A stretch of 64,000 bases of DNA. Origin: Rhodobiaceae bacterium. Its GTDB lineage: Bacteria > Pseudomonadota > Alphaproteobacteria > RS24. A program made the translations under genes and the position numbers. Below the pieces are notes generated by a model. It was not told the origin of the DNA, searched no databases, and saw nothing but the letters and a program-made list of their open reading frames with translations. Location: assembly GCA_038123715.1 (NCBI GenBank), contig JAYPAN010000004.1:4744-68743 (forward strand), read 5' to 3'. The first letter of the stretch is position 1; each line of letters opens with the position of its first letter. This document shows positions 48,520 through 58,739 of the stretch, piece after piece.

Positions 48520-49524
48520 CTATAGAGACAGGCCGTGGCGCTGCATCAGCGCCGCCAAATCACTTTGCGGGCGCGGCCCGAAATGGCGAATAACCTCGCT
48601 GGCCATGACCACACCAATCCCTGCCGCTTGCGCCGGTGTCTGACCATTGGCCAGACCGGCGAAAAATCCGGCGGCAAATTGGTCGCCCGCACCGGTCAAA
48701 TCCTGCACATCATCAACCGCCACGGCAGGCACGCGCTCAACCGTGTCATGGTCAATCACCATCGCCCCTTCGGCGCTCATGGTGACAACGCCAAGCAGGC
48801 CAAACCCGCGCATACCGGCAATCACTTCGTCAAAATTGTCAGTCTCAAACAGCGCATGGGCTTCGGCCAGATTGGCCAGCACAATGTCAATATCTTCTGT
48901 CAAAAGCCTGTGAAAGGCGGCGCGGTGGCGGTCAACGCAATAGGCATCGGCAAGCGAAAAGGCGGCTTGCCCGCCTTGCGCGCGCACTTGGCGGGCGGCC
49001 TGCGTGAAAGCGGCACGACCCGGCTCGGCATCCCAAATATAGCCTTCGGCAAAAATCAGGCCGGTTTGCGCCAGCAAGTCATTATTCAAATCTTCCGGTG
49101 CTGTTGTCACTGACGCGCCGAGAACCGTGTGCATGGTGCGCTCGGCATCGGGCGTGACCAAAACAAGGCAATGTCCGGTGGGGTGGGCTTCGGCGTCAAG
49201 CGGCGTGACCGGAAAGCGCACGCCCAAATCGGTCATGCTGTCGGAGAATAAAGCGCCCAGCGCATCATCTCCGATTTTGCCGATAAAGCCGGTTTCCTGC
49301 CCCAAAGCGGCCAGACCGGCAATCGTATTGGCAGCAGAGCCACCGGCGCGCTGTGTGTGGACATGCAGATTTTCGCGCATGGCTACCGAGCGTTCGGCAT
49401 CAATTAGCGACATGGAGGCTTTCGGGCTGCCAAGCGCCTGCAACCCGGCATCGTCAATATCGGCGAATAAATCAACCAGCGCGGCACCCATGCCGGTAAT
49501 CAATTTCGGGGCTGTTTGGGACAT
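48520..49524 (-). CDS. PfkB-family carbohydrate/nucleoside kinase (adenosine-kinase-like)
   Basis: GGSAANT and DLTGAGDQFAAGF motifs. Confidence 0.8.
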   Translation of the reverse strand: MSQTAPKLITGMGAALVDLFADIDDAGLQALGSPKASMSLIDAERSVAMRENLHVHTQRAGGSAANTIAGLAALGQETGFIGKIGDDALGALFSDSMTDLGVRFPVTPLDAEAHPTGHCLVLVTPDAERTMHTVLGASVTTAPEDLNNDLLAQTGLIFAEGYIWDAEPGRAAFTQAARQVRAQGGQAAFSLADAYCVDRHRAAFHRLLTEDIDIVLANLAEAHALFETDNFDEVIAGMRGFGLLGVVTMSAEGAMVIDHDTVERVPAVAVDDVQDLTGAGDQFAAGFFAGLANGQTPAQAAGIGVVMASEVIRHFGPRPQSDLAALMQRHGLSL

Positions 49525-49563
49525 GCGGTGTCTCCTTTGTCAAAAATCAGGCTTTGGGTCAAA

Positions 49564-50205
49564 TCACGTCAGGCGGGTTTTGGCTTTGAAGCGACAAATA
49601 TCATGGACGCGGCAGTCCGGACATTTCGGCTTGCGCGCGACGCATATATAGCGGCCATGCAAAATAAGCCAATGATGCGCGTGTTGGCGATACGGTTCCG
49701 GCACACGTTTGTCCAGCTTTTTTTCAACCTCCAACACGGTTTTGCCCGGCGCGAGGCCGGTGCGGTTGGACAGGCGGAAAACATGCGTATCAACCGCGAA
49801 AGTGGCTTCGCCAAAAGCGACATTCATCACCACATTGGCGGTTTTGCGGCCAACACCGGGCAGGCTGGTCAGCGTGTCGCGATCGCGCGGCACTTGCCCG
49901 TCATGGGCGTCGAGCAGTTTTTGTGACAGGGCAAACACGTTTTTCGCCTTATTGCGGTAAAGGCCAATCGTCTTGATATGCGCGCGTATCACATCTTCGC
50001 CGAGCGCGACCATTTTGGCTGGTGTATCGGCCTTGGCAAACAGCGCTTTTGTGGCTTTGTTGACGCCTTTATCGGTCGCCTGCGCCGACAGCACAACAGC
50101 GACCAGCAGGGTGAACTCATTGGTGAAGGCCAGCTCGGTTTCCGGCGACGGGTCGGCCTCGGACAGGCGTTGAAAGAAAGTGGCGATATCCGCTTTTTTC
50201 ATCAT
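49564..50205 (-). CDS. nth: endonuclease III
   Basis: HhH-GPD LPGVGRKTANVV and the C-terminal 4Fe-4S cluster C-X6-C-X2-C-X5-C. Confidence 0.95.
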   Translation of the reverse strand: MMKKADIATFFQRLSEADPSPETELAFTNEFTLLVAVVLSAQATDKGVNKATKALFAKADTPAKMVALGEDVIRAHIKTIGLYRNKAKNVFALSQKLLDAHDGQVPRDRDTLTSLPGVGRKTANVVMNVAFGEATFAVDTHVFRLSNRTGLAPGKTVLEVEKKLDKRVPEPYRQHAHHWLILHGRYICVARKPKCPDCRVHDICRFKAKTRLT

Positions 50206-50285
50206 TTGCCTTTCCCGTGCCGTTTTGCGTCCATGTGCGACATTGCCGCCCTTGCTGTGCGCGCATTACGCCCTAAAACATATAT

Positions 50286-50819
50286 ATGTCAAATGCAACG
50301 CCTCCCTATGCAATGTCACAGGCCGCCCGCCCATTGGCGGATGATTTTTACCTGACTTTGCGCCCCAATGTGTCGCTGTCGCGGCAAGGGTTCCGCTTGC
50401 TGATGGTGGTTTTTGCTGCCATCAGCTTTACCGCGGGCGGGTTTTTCTGGGCGCAGGGCGCTTGGCCGGTATTCGGCTTTTTCGGCCTTGATGTGGTATT
50501 GCTTTATGCGTTTTTCAAACTCAATTACCGCGACGGCAAGCGCAGTGAAATGCTGTTTATGCAGGACGGCAAGCTGGTTTTTGCCCGCGCCGCAAGCTCC
50601 GGCGAGACGCGCCAATGGGTGTTTGACCCCTATTGGGTGCGCGTCAAGCTGACCGGTCGGCAAGGCGTGGATGATGAGGCCACAGCGCTGATTTTATCCT
50701 CACATGGTCAATATGTATCCGTGGGTGCGTTTCTGGCGCCGGAGGAGCGCGCCAGCCTCGCCGCCGTGCTGCAAATCACGCTGGCCAATTGGCGCAATCG
50801 TCCGCCGCAACCGGCGTGA
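50286..50819 (+). CDS. DUF2244 membrane protein
   Basis: Two TM helices followed by the FDPYWVRV block typical of DUF2244. Confidence 0.6.
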   Translation: MSNATPPYAMSQAARPLADDFYLTLRPNVSLSRQGFRLLMVVFAAISFTAGGFFWAQGAWPVFGFFGLDVVLLYAFFKLNYRDGKRSEMLFMQDGKLVFARAASSGETRQWVFDPYWVRVKLTGRQGVDDEATALILSSHGQYVSVGAFLAPEERASLAAVLQITLANWRNRPPQPA

Positions 50820-50876
50820 GTTTGCATCATCGGGCAATTGTGCTACTGTTTCGTGGCAATAAGGGAAACAATCATG

Positions 50877-51398
50877 CCCAAAAACAGATTTTTGGATAAA
50901 TCAAAGGCGCGCGGCCTGACGCTTTTATGTCACCGCGCCGCACCGACCCCTTTCGGCTCGGCGCTCTTACTCGCCACAGCAGAAGGTGAAATCGCTTTTC
51001 TAGGTTTTTGCGGGCAAGCCCGCGCGAAACGGGAAATCAGCGCGCTGCGAAAAAACTGGTCGCTGGCTGCGATAGAGGAACAGCCGAATAAATTGGCAAA
51101 GCTCGCAAAGGCGGCTTTTTCCGCTACACCGCCCCCGCTTTTGCTGATAGGCACGCCGTTTCAGCATAAAGTCTGGCGCGCTTTGCTGCGTATCAAGCCC
51201 GGCACCACGACCAGCTATGGCGCTTTGGCCGAAAAACTCAACACTGCGCCGCGCGCTTTGGGTGGGGCGGTTGGTGCCAATCCGGTTTCCTGTCTGGTTC
51301 CATGCCATCGCGTTCTGGATGGCAAAGGCGGGCTGAACGGCTATCGCTGGGGCTTGGGTGTGAAACGCCAATTATTACAGGCCGAAGGCGCGGCCTGA
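50877..51398 (+). CDS. ogt: methylated-DNA--protein-cysteine methyltransferase
   Basis: VPCHRV active site and TSYGALA motif. Confidence 0.88.
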   Translation, partial: PKNRFLDKSKARGLTLLCHRAAPTPFGSALLLATAEGEIAFLGFCGQARAKREISALRKNWSLAAIEEQPNKLAKLAKAAFSATPPPLLLIGTPFQHKVWRALLRIKPGTTTSYGALAEKLNTAPRALGGAVGANPVSCLVPCHRVLDGKGGLNGYRWGLGVKRQLLQAEGAA

Positions 51399-51405
51399 CA
51401 AAACC

Positions 51406-52035
51406 TTAAAGGGAGAGAATCTCTTTGTTCTCAACCGTGCCATCGGCAGCCAGCCGGTAAATATAAGGCACGCCAGTGGCGATATTGACATCAATAATCT
51501 CATCCTCGCCCAGCCCGTCCAGCACCATGACCAGCGCCCGCAGCGAATTGCCATGCGCGGCGACAAGAATGTTTTCACCAGCCGTGACGCGCGGCAAAAT
51601 CTCGGTTTGGAAATAGGGCAGCACACGCTCTGCCGTATCTTTCAAGCTTTCGCCGCCGGGCGGCGGTGTGTCATAGCTGCGCCGCCAAATATGTACTTGT
51701 TCTTCGCCCCATTTGGCGCGCGCATCATCTTTGTTGAGGCCAGATAAATCGCCATAATCGCGTTCATTGAGGGCGATATTGCGAGTTACCGGCAAATCGG
51801 TCTGGCCTTGCGTCTCCAGCAGCAGCGCGCAGGTTTTTTGTGCCCTTTGCAATTCCGAGGTAAAGCCGTGGTCAAATAATATGCCCTGCGCCTCAAGCTC
51901 TGCCTTGAGCGCGTGTCCGGCGGCGCGTGCCTCGCTAATGCCCTGCTCGGTCAAATCCGGGTCGCGCCAGCCAGTGAACAGATTTTGCTCATTCCATTGG
52001 CTTTGCCCGTGCCGCACAAGAACCAGAACACCCAT
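51406..52035 (-). CDS. gpmA: 2,3-bisphosphoglycerate-dependent phosphoglycerate mutase
   Basis: [12 protein letters not shown] active site and [10 protein letters not shown] motif. GGAGG lies 8 nt before the chosen ATG. Confidence 0.94.
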   Translation of the reverse strand: MGVLVLVRHGQSQWNEQNLFTGWRDPDLTEQGISEARAAGHALKAELEAQGILFDHGFTSELQRAQKTCALLLETQGQTDLPVTRNIALNERDYGDLSGLNKDDARAKWGEEQVHIWRRSYDTPPPGGESLKDTAERVLPYFQTEILPRVTAGENILVAAHGNSLRALVMVLDGLGEDEIIDVNIATGVPYIYRLAADGTVENKEILSL

Positions 52036-52052
52036 TATCATTGCCTCCGAAA

Positions 52053-52862
52053 TCAGGATGGCTCGGCCAGGCCGAGAACATGTTGCATATTGTATAGACC
52101 GGCTTGACGGCCAGTCGCCCATCGCGCGGCCTGCAAGGCGCCAAGCGCGAAAATATCCCGCGACTCGGCGCGGTGCGACAGGCGTATCTGCTCACCCAGC
52201 GTGGCGAAAATAACCTCATGGTCGCCAACCACACTGCCGCCGCGCAAAGCGGCAAAGCCAATCGCGCCCTCAGCGCGGGCTTCGCCAATGCCGTCGCGCC
52301 CGCTTTCGCGCAGCGTGTCCAGCGCCGCCCCGCGCCCCGAGGCGGCGGCCTCACCAAGCAGCAGCGCCGTGCCGGAAGGCGCATCGACCTTGTGGCGGTG
52401 ATGCATATCAAGGATTTCAATATCCCAATTATCGGGCAGGGCGCGCGCCGCTTGGCGCACCAGACCGGCCAGCAAATTAACGCCAAGGCTCATATTGCCG
52501 GATTTGACAATCGTCGCATGGCGCGCGGCGGCGGCAATGGCGGCCTCGTCATCGGCGTTAAAGCCGGTTGTGCCGATAATATGGGCAATGCGCGCCTGCG
52601 CGGCCAAACCGGCCAATTCCACAGAAGCGGCGGGCGAGGAAAAATCAACCAGCGCATCCGCACCGGCCAAGGCGGCCAGCGCGTCATCGCTTGCCACAAG
52701 CCCAAGCTCACCGACACCGGCCAGTGTGCCAAGGTCATGCCCCAATACAGCGCTGCCGGCCTGTTCAAGCCCGCCCGCAAGGGTCATGTCCTCGGCCTCA
52801 ATCGCCAGTCGCAAAAGCGTGCGACCCATGCGGCCACCGCATCCATTGATAACAAGTCTCAT
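52053..52862 (-). CDS. dapB: 4-hydroxy-tetrahydrodipicolinate reductase
   Basis: [27 protein letters not shown] motif. Confidence 0.94.
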   Translation of the reverse strand: MRLVINGCGGRMGRTLLRLAIEAEDMTLAGGLEQAGSAVLGHDLGTLAGVGELGLVASDDALAALAGADALVDFSSPAASVELAGLAAQARIAHIIGTTGFNADDEAAIAAAARHATIVKSGNMSLGVNLLAGLVRQAARALPDNWDIEILDMHHRHKVDAPSGTALLLGEAAASGRGAALDTLRESGRDGIGEARAEGAIGFAALRGGSVVGDHEVIFATLGEQIRLSHRAESRDIFALGALQAARWATGRQAGLYNMQHVLGLAEPS

Positions 52863-52901
52863 GGCGCGCTTATACCAGCCTGCGCGCCTTGAGGCGAGTG
52901 C

Positions 52902-54032
52902 CTATTTGCCGGATTTGCCGCCTATATTGTGGCCAAAAGATTTTACCTGCGGGTAATTATCGTCATTCAGGCTTTTGCTGAACGCATCGAGTAATTTTTT
53001 CTGCTCGCGGCTCATATTGCTTGGGGTTTCGACATTTATCTGCACATAAAGGTCGCCCTGATTGCGGCTGCGTAAAACCGGCATGCCCTTGCCGCGCAGG
53101 CGGAATTGCTGGCCGGTTTGCGCGCCTTCCGGAAGGGTCAGCTTGACTTTTTTGCCGCCAAGAAGCGGCACTTGCACGCCGCCCCCGGCAATAGCCACAT
53201 CAAATGGCACGGGCATAATGCAGAATAAATCAGCACCGTCGCGCTGCATAAAGCCATGCGGACGGACATTGACAAAAACATATAAATCGCCCGAATTGGC
53301 GCCGCGCGGCCCGGCATCGCCTTCGCCCGACAGGCGTATCCGCGTGCCATCCTCAACCCCGGCCGGCACAGTGACCGACAGATTGCGCGGCTGCTGAATA
53401 TGGCCGCGCCCGCCACAATCGCTGCATGGGTCGGCAATGATTTGGCCGCTGCCCTGACATTGATGACAGGGACGCTCAACCATGAAAAAGCCCTGCTGCG
53501 CGCGCACTTTGCCATGCCCCTGACAGACAGAACATGTGGTCGGCTGGGTTCCGGGCTTGGCGCCTGACCCGCTGCATGTGTTGCAAGCGGCGGCGCGGGT
53601 GAGGTTGATTTGCCGGTCAACGCCGGTAAAGGCTTCTTCCAGCGATATTTCAATATCGGCGCGCAAGTCATTGCCGCGCTGCTGGCGTTGCGCGCCGCGC
53701 CCACGACGGCCACCGCCAAAAAACTCCTCGAAAATATCGCCCATAGAGCCGAAATCGCCGAAATTGCCGAAGCCGCCGCCACCGCCACCAGCACCTGCCC
53801 CGCCATTTTCAAACGCGGCATGGCCAAATTGGTCATAGGCAGCCCGGCTCTGGTCATCTTTCAAAATGTCATAGGCATGGCTGACTTCCTTGAAGCGGCG
53901 CTCGGCCTCCTCATCGCCGGGATTGACGTCCGGATGGTATTTTTTCGCCAGCTTGCGATAGGCGGATTTCAGCTCCGCCGCGCCGACCGAGCGATCCACG
54001 CCGAGAACATCATAAAGGTCGGCTTGCGCCAT
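52902..54032 (-). CDS. dnaJ: molecular chaperone DnaJ
   Basis: J domain (YHPD), G/F region and four CxxCxGxG zinc-finger repeats. Confidence 0.98.
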   Translation of the reverse strand: MAQADLYDVLGVDRSVGAAELKSAYRKLAKKYHPDVNPGDEEAERRFKEVSHAYDILKDDQSRAAYDQFGHAAFENGGAGAGGGGGGFGNFGDFGSMGDIFEEFFGGGRRGRGAQRQQRGNDLRADIEISLEEAFTGVDRQINLTRAAACNTCSGSGAKPGTQPTTCSVCQGHGKVRAQQGFFMVERPCHQCQGSGQIIADPCSDCGGRGHIQQPRNLSVTVPAGVEDGTRIRLSGEGDAGPRGANSGDLYVFVNVRPHGFMQRDGADLFCIMPVPFDVAIAGGGVQVPLLGGKKVKLTLPEGAQTGQQFRLRGKGMPVLRSRNQGDLYVQINVETPSNMSREQKKLLDAFSKSLNDDNYPQVKSFGHNIGGKSGK

Positions 54033-54073
54033 GGGCGGTTCCTTTGGTTACAGCGGGCAGGCGGTCAATCGGC

Positions 54074-56011
54074 CTAAGACGCCTTCTGGTCGTTTTGGGC
54101 GTCATCATCGCTGACTTCTTCAAAGTCGGCATCGACAACATTGCCGTCATCATTATCGGCGGCGTCATCCGTGGCATCGGCAGCCGCCGCCGCTTCGCCC
54201 TCCGCCTGCTGTGCCTTATAGACCGTCTCGCCGATTTTCATCGCCGCTTGCGACAGGGCTTGCGCCTTGGCTTCAATATCGGCCTTGTCATCGGCTTCGA
54301 GCGCGGTTTTCAGCTCAGCAATGGCCGCCTCGGCAGCTTCCTTATCGGCAGCATCAATAATTTCCTCATTTTCGGAAATCGACTTCTCCGTGCCATGAAT
54401 CAGCGCTTCGGCATTGTTACGCACCTCAACCGACTCCCGCCTTTCCTTATCGGCGGCGGCATTGGCTTCGGCATCCTTGACCATTTGTTCAATATCATCA
54501 TCCGATAGCCCGCCTGACGCCTCAATCCGGATGGTCTGCTCTTTGCCGGTCGCCTTGTCGGCAGCCGAGACATTAACAATACCATTGGCATCAATATCGA
54601 ATGTGACTTCAATTTGCGGCACGCCGCGTGGTGCCGGGGGAATGCCCTCAAGATTGAATTGGCCGAGATGTTTATTGTCTTCTGCCATTTCGCGCTCACC
54701 CTGAAACACGGAAATGGTGACGGCAGACTGGTTGTCATCGGCGGTTGAGAAAACTTGCGATTTTTTGGTCGGGATGGTCGTGTTGCGGTCAATCAGGCGG
54801 GTAAACACACCGCCCAGCGTCTCAATGCCCAGCGATAAGGGCGTCACATCAAGCAGCAACACATCTTTCACATCGCCTTGCAGCACACCGGCCTGAATGG
54901 CCGCACCCATAGCCACCACCTCATCGGGGTTAACGCTCATATTCGGCTCTTTGCCAAAGACTTCTTTCACGAAATCGCGGATGCGCGGCATGCGCGTCTG
55001 GCCGCCGACCAGCACCACCTCGTCAATATCAGCCAGTGAGACACCGGCATCTTTGACCGCTTCCTCACAAGGCTTGCGGGTACGCTGCACCAGCTCTTCC
55101 ACCAATTGTTCAAAAGCGGCGCGGGTGAGTTTCAGATTAAGGTGTTTGGGGCCGGAGGCATCGGCGGTGATAAAGGGCAGATTAACCTCAGTTTGCGCTG
55201 CCGAGGACAGCTCAATTTTCGCCTTTTCCGCCGCCTCTTTCAGCCTTTGCAGCGCCAGCTTGTCTTCGCGCAGGTCAATGCCATTTTCCTTTTTGAAGGT
55301 TTCGGCAAGATGCTCGACCAGTGCGCCGTCGAAATCTTCACCGCCAAGAAAAGTATCGCCATTGGTGGATTTCACCTCAAAAACGCCATCGCCGATTTCA
55401 AGAATGGAGACATCAAATGTGCCGCCGCCCAAATCATAAACAGCAATGGTCTGACCGTCTTTTTTATCCAACCCATAGGCAAGCGAAGCGGCAGTCGGCT
55501 CATTGATGATACGCAACACATCAAGTCCGGCAATTTTACCGGCATCCTTGGTTGCTTGGCGCTGGGCGTCATTAAAATAGGCCGGCACGGTAATCACCGC
55601 CTGCTCAACCGTTTCGCCAAGATAGCCCTCGGCGGTTTCTTTCATTTTTTGCAAAATAAAAGCGGAGATTTGCGAGGGAGAGTATTTTTCCTCGCGCGCC
55701 TCAACCCAAGCATCGCCATTATCGGCGGCGACAATATCATATGGCACCATGTCAATATCTTTGGCGGTGGCCGGGTCATCAAAGCGGCGGCCAATCAGGC
55801 GCTTAATGGCAAACAGCGTATTGCGCGGATTGGTGACGGCCTGACGCTTGGCCGGCTGCCCGACCAGCTTTTCATTTTCTTCCGTAAAGGCGACCATTGA
55901 GGGGGTGGTGCGCGCGCCTTCGCTATTTTCAATCACTTTGGGTGTGCTGCCATCCATCACCGCAACACAGCTATTGGTGGTTCCCAAATCAATGCCGATA
56001 ACCTTACCCAT
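54074..56011 (-). CDS. dnaK: molecular chaperone DnaK
   Basis: [13 protein letters not shown] and DLGGGTFD motifs; full-length Hsp70. Confidence 0.99.
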   Translation of the reverse strand: MGKVIGIDLGTTNSCVAVMDGSTPKVIENSEGARTTPSMVAFTEENEKLVGQPAKRQAVTNPRNTLFAIKRLIGRRFDDPATAKDIDMVPYDIVAADNGDAWVEAREEKYSPSQISAFILQKMKETAEGYLGETVEQAVITVPAYFNDAQRQATKDAGKIAGLDVLRIINEPTAASLAYGLDKKDGQTIAVYDLGGGTFDVSILEIGDGVFEVKSTNGDTFLGGEDFDGALVEHLAETFKKENGIDLREDKLALQRLKEAAEKAKIELSSAAQTEVNLPFITADASGPKHLNLKLTRAAFEQLVEELVQRTRKPCEEAVKDAGVSLADIDEVVLVGGQTRMPRIRDFVKEVFGKEPNMSVNPDEVVAMGAAIQAGVLQGDVKDVLLLDVTPLSLGIETLGGVFTRLIDRNTTIPTKKSQVFSTADDNQSAVTISVFQGEREMAEDNKHLGQFNLEGIPPAPRGVPQIEVTFDIDANGIVNVSAADKATGKEQTIRIEASGGLSDDDIEQMVKDAEANAAADKERRESVEVRNNAEALIHGTEKSISENEEIIDAADKEAAEAAIAELKTALEADDKADIEAKAQALSQAAMKIGETVYKAQQAEGEAAAAADATDDAADNDDGNVVDADFEEVSDDDAQNDQKAS

Positions 56012-56048
56012 TTCAGCCTCGCTTTATTATCCAATCAAAATCATTACA

Positions 56049-56069
56049 AAGCGCCGTTTTGGACGGCGC
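56049..56069 (-). other. GC-rich stem-loop at the predicted 5' end of the dnaK transcript
   Basis: On the minus strand, AGCGCCGT-CCAAA-ACGGCGCT (8-bp stem) is followed by TTTGTAATGATTTTGATT. It starts about 12 nt downstream of the candidate -10. Confidence 0.5.
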
Positions 56070-56080
56070 TGTCCTGCGCC

Positions 56081-56110
56081 TTATATAAGTAGCCAGACCG
56101 GTCGCTGCAA
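56081..56110 (-). promoter_or_regulatory. candidate RpoH (sigma-32) heat-shock promoter of dnaKJ
   Basis: On the minus strand, CTTG-N18-CTTATATA fits the alphaproteobacterial heat-shock consensus CTTG-N17/18-CYTATNT. Confidence 0.6.
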
Positions 56111-56148
56111 GGGGCGGGTGGTATTTGTCCGTGGTTTTGGAGAGGTTT

Positions 56149-56790
56149 ATGGTAAGCCACAATATATTGGGGGAAGGCACAGCCTATCACCCCGAATATT
56201 GCGATAGGTCGGCGCAAACCGGTTTGCTGGCGGCGCTGGCGGAAATTATTGCCGAAGCGCCCTTTTTTGTGCCGCGCATGCCGAGCACCAATGTGCCTTG
56301 GTCTATCCGCATGACCAATTGCGGCGCGCTGGGTTGGGTGTCCGATAAAAACGGCTATCGCTACCAGCCGCTTCACCCCGAAACCGGCCGCGCCTGGCCT
56401 GCCCTGCCACCAGCTTTGCTGGATTTATGGCATGATGTGACAGACTGCCCGGCAGTGCCGGAATGTTGCCTGGTAAATTATTATGACAAGCCGGTTTCAA
56501 AAATGGGGCTGCATCAGGACAGGGATGAGGCAGCGCTCGATGTGCCGGTCGTGTCCTTGTCGCTGGGTGACAGCGCGGTGTTTCGCATGGGCGGGGCGCA
56601 ACGGCGCGGCAAAACGCGCTCCATGCGGCTGCATAGCGGCGATGTGCTGGTCTTTGGCGGCGCGGCGCGGCTCAATTTTCATGGCCTTGACCGCGTTCTC
56701 GCGGGCAGCAGCGCCCTGTTGGCCGAGCAGCCGGCTTTTGCTGGTGGCGGACGGCTGAACCTGACTTTGCGGCGGGTCGCGCCGGTTTAA
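56149..56790 (+). CDS. alkB: alpha-ketoglutarate-dependent DNA dioxygenase AlkB
   Basis: MTNCGALGWVSD and GLHQDRDE (Fe-binding HxD) motifs. GGAGAGG RBS precedes the ATG. Confidence 0.9.
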   Translation: MVSHNILGEGTAYHPEYCDRSAQTGLLAALAEIIAEAPFFVPRMPSTNVPWSIRMTNCGALGWVSDKNGYRYQPLHPETGRAWPALPPALLDLWHDVTDCPAVPECCLVNYYDKPVSKMGLHQDRDEAALDVPVVSLSLGDSAVFRMGGAQRRGKTRSMRLHSGDVLVFGGAARLNFHGLDRVLAGSSALLAEQPAFAGGGRLNLTLRRVAPV

Positions 56791-56828
56791 TCCTTCGCGC
56801 TTAATCCTTCGCCCTTAATCTTTAGCAA
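56787..56828. repeat. tandem 14-bp repeat x3 (TTAATCCTTCGCSC) bridging the alkB and grpE stops
   Basis: TTAATCCTTCGCGC / TTAATCCTTCGCCC / TTAATCTTTAGCAA. Copy 1 contains the alkB TAA, and copy 3 contains the grpE stop and last codons. Confidence 0.8.
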
Positions 56829-57465
56829 TGCCGACTTTGGCCGGACGCAGCAGGCGCTCTTCCATAATATAGCCGGTTTCCACCACTTCGATAATCGTGC
56901 CGGCGGGCTGGCCGGTGCCGGGCGCTTCAAACAGCGCCTCATGCAGATTGGGGTCGAATTTCTCACCCATCGGGCTGATTGGCGAGACTTTATTGCGGGT
57001 CAAGGCGGCTTGCAAATCGCGCTCCGTGGCTGCCACACCTTCCAGCAAAGCGCGCGCCTGTTCGGGCAGTTCTTCGCCCATTTCCTCAAAGGCTTTCAGG
57101 GCGCGTTGCAGATTATCAGCGACGCCGAGCATGTCGCGGGCAAAACTGGCCGCGCCATATTTCAGCGCATCGCCGCGATCGCGCTCGGCGCGCCGCCGCG
57201 TGTTTTCCAGCTCTGCCAGCAAGCGCATGATTTGGTCATTGGCCTCGGCCAGTTTTTCTTCCGGTGACGGCTCGGTTGGCGCGTCCACAGCCTCGGATGC
57301 TGCTTCTTCTGCCGTGCCGCCTTCGGCTTGGGCTTCAGCCTCGGTCGTTGCGTCCTGTGTCTCGGCGGTTTTTGTTTCCGGCGCGTCAGCCTCTTGCTGC
57401 GCCATTTCTTTGTCTGTTTCGCCTGCCATATCTGTCTCGCTTGCCATATCTTCCATTTCTTTCAT
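56815..57465 (-). CDS. grpE: nucleotide exchange factor GrpE (acidic low-complexity N-terminus)
   Basis: Conserved C-terminal half (LLEGV..ERDL, FDPNLHEA). The start is uncertain: several in-frame ATGs lie at 57447-57465 and a TTG at 57480. Confidence 0.9.
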   Translation of the reverse strand: MKEMEDMASETDMAGETDKEMAQQEADAPETKTAETQDATTEAEAQAEGGTAEEAASEAVDAPTEPSPEEKLAEANDQIMRLLAELENTRRRAERDRGDALKYGAASFARDMLGVADNLQRALKAFEEMGEELPEQARALLEGVAATERDLQAALTRNKVSPISPMGEKFDPNLHEALFEAPGTGQPAGTIIEVVETGYIMEERLLRPAKVGIAKD

Positions 57466-57529
57466 TCGTCTGTTTGCCAAGTTTCAGTCAATCTGTTGCG
57501 TGTTTCCTAATCGCCATTGGGTCATGGCG

Positions 57530-58591
57530 TCAACCAAGCATTTTCGTTACCACCCGCGCTGTATGGTCAACCAGTGGAATAAGCCGTGCATAATTGGCGC
57601 GCGTCGGGGCAATCACTCCCAATACGCCGACAATATGTTTTTCGCTGTCTTGATAAGGGCTGATGATAAGCGATGAGCCGGACAGTGAAAACAAAGGCGT
57701 TTCCGCGCCGATAAATATCTTCACCCCGTCGCTTTCTTCGGCTTGCGACAATAGCGCGACCAGTTCCTGCTTGCGGTCAATATCTTCAAATAAAAGCCGC
57801 ACCCGTTCCAAATCTTCCATCGCGGCCACATTATCAAGCAAATGCGACTGGCCGCGCACCAGCAGCGATTTGGCAAATAAATCGGCATTGCCGCCATTAT
57901 TGCCGATGTCGCCGGCCCATTGCGCCAGACCGGTTTCGACCAATTGCGCGGTCAGGCTGCCCAGCTCGGCTTCAAAGCGCGCCATTTCCTGCTGCAAATC
58001 GCGGCGCAATTCGCCCAGCGAGCTGCCTTTCAGTCGCGCATTGAGATAATTGCCCGCTTCGGTCAGGGCGGCAGGGCCAATACCGGCGGGCATGTCAATC
58101 ACCCGATTTTCGACATGATTGGTTTCATCGACCAAAATTACCAAAATCTGCGTCGCCGAAACTTGCGTGAACTCAATATGCTTAATGCCGCGCGCCGCTT
58201 GCGGCGCCAGCACCAGACCAGCGCACAGGCTGAGGCCGGACAAATTGTCAATCGCTTGCGTTAGCATGTCATCCATGCCAGTGCCATTGAGCTGCGGGGC
58301 AATCGCCTCGCGCTCGACATCGGATAATTCACCTAGCTGCAACAGCCCGTCTATAAACAGCCGCAGACCGGTTTGCGTCGGCAGGCGACCGGCTGAGACA
58401 TGCGGTGCATAAAGCAGACCGGCCCGTTCCAGCTCGGCCATGGTCGAACGTATCGAGGCGGGCGATAATTGCGGCTCCAGCACATCAGACAGACTGCGCG
58501 AGCCAACCGGATTGCCGGTTTCGAGATAGCTCTCGACAATTTGCTGGAATATCAGCCTTGCGCGGTCGGTTAAATCAGCCAGATTGCTCAT
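57530..58591 (-). CDS. hrcA: heat-inducible transcription repressor HrcA
   Basis: N-terminal winged-helix (VGSRSL, SPASIRSTMAELE), 353 aa, upstream of grpE. Confidence 0.94.
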   Translation of the reverse strand: MSNLADLTDRARLIFQQIVESYLETGNPVGSRSLSDVLEPQLSPASIRSTMAELERAGLLYAPHVSAGRLPTQTGLRLFIDGLLQLGELSDVEREAIAPQLNGTGMDDMLTQAIDNLSGLSLCAGLVLAPQAARGIKHIEFTQVSATQILVILVDETNHVENRVIDMPAGIGPAALTEAGNYLNARLKGSSLGELRRDLQQEMARFEAELGSLTAQLVETGLAQWAGDIGNNGGNADLFAKSLLVRGQSHLLDNVAAMEDLERVRLLFEDIDRKQELVALLSQAEESDGVKIFIGAETPLFSLSGSSLIISPYQDSEKHIVGVLGVIAPTRANYARLIPLVDHTARVVTKMLG

Positions 58592-58739
58592 GGCCTTAAT
58601 TTAGGCATTAAATCGCAGATTACCATAGGGGTTTAAGCCGCCCCCGCCCCCCCGCGCCCTCTTGTGAGACGCGGCAGGGCAGGCTAAACACAATGCATGA
58701 TAAATGCGCCGCCGCGCGCCAAGCAAAGGAACCGCCCTC

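Noticed and set aside
58592-58739. A CIRCE operator (TTAGCACTC-N9-GAGTGCTAA) or RpoH promoter upstream of hrcA-grpE, and CIRCE upstream of dnaK.
   Set aside because: No sequence close to the CIRCE inverted repeat is present in either gap. Only dnaK shows a convincing CTTG-N18-CTTATATA promoter.
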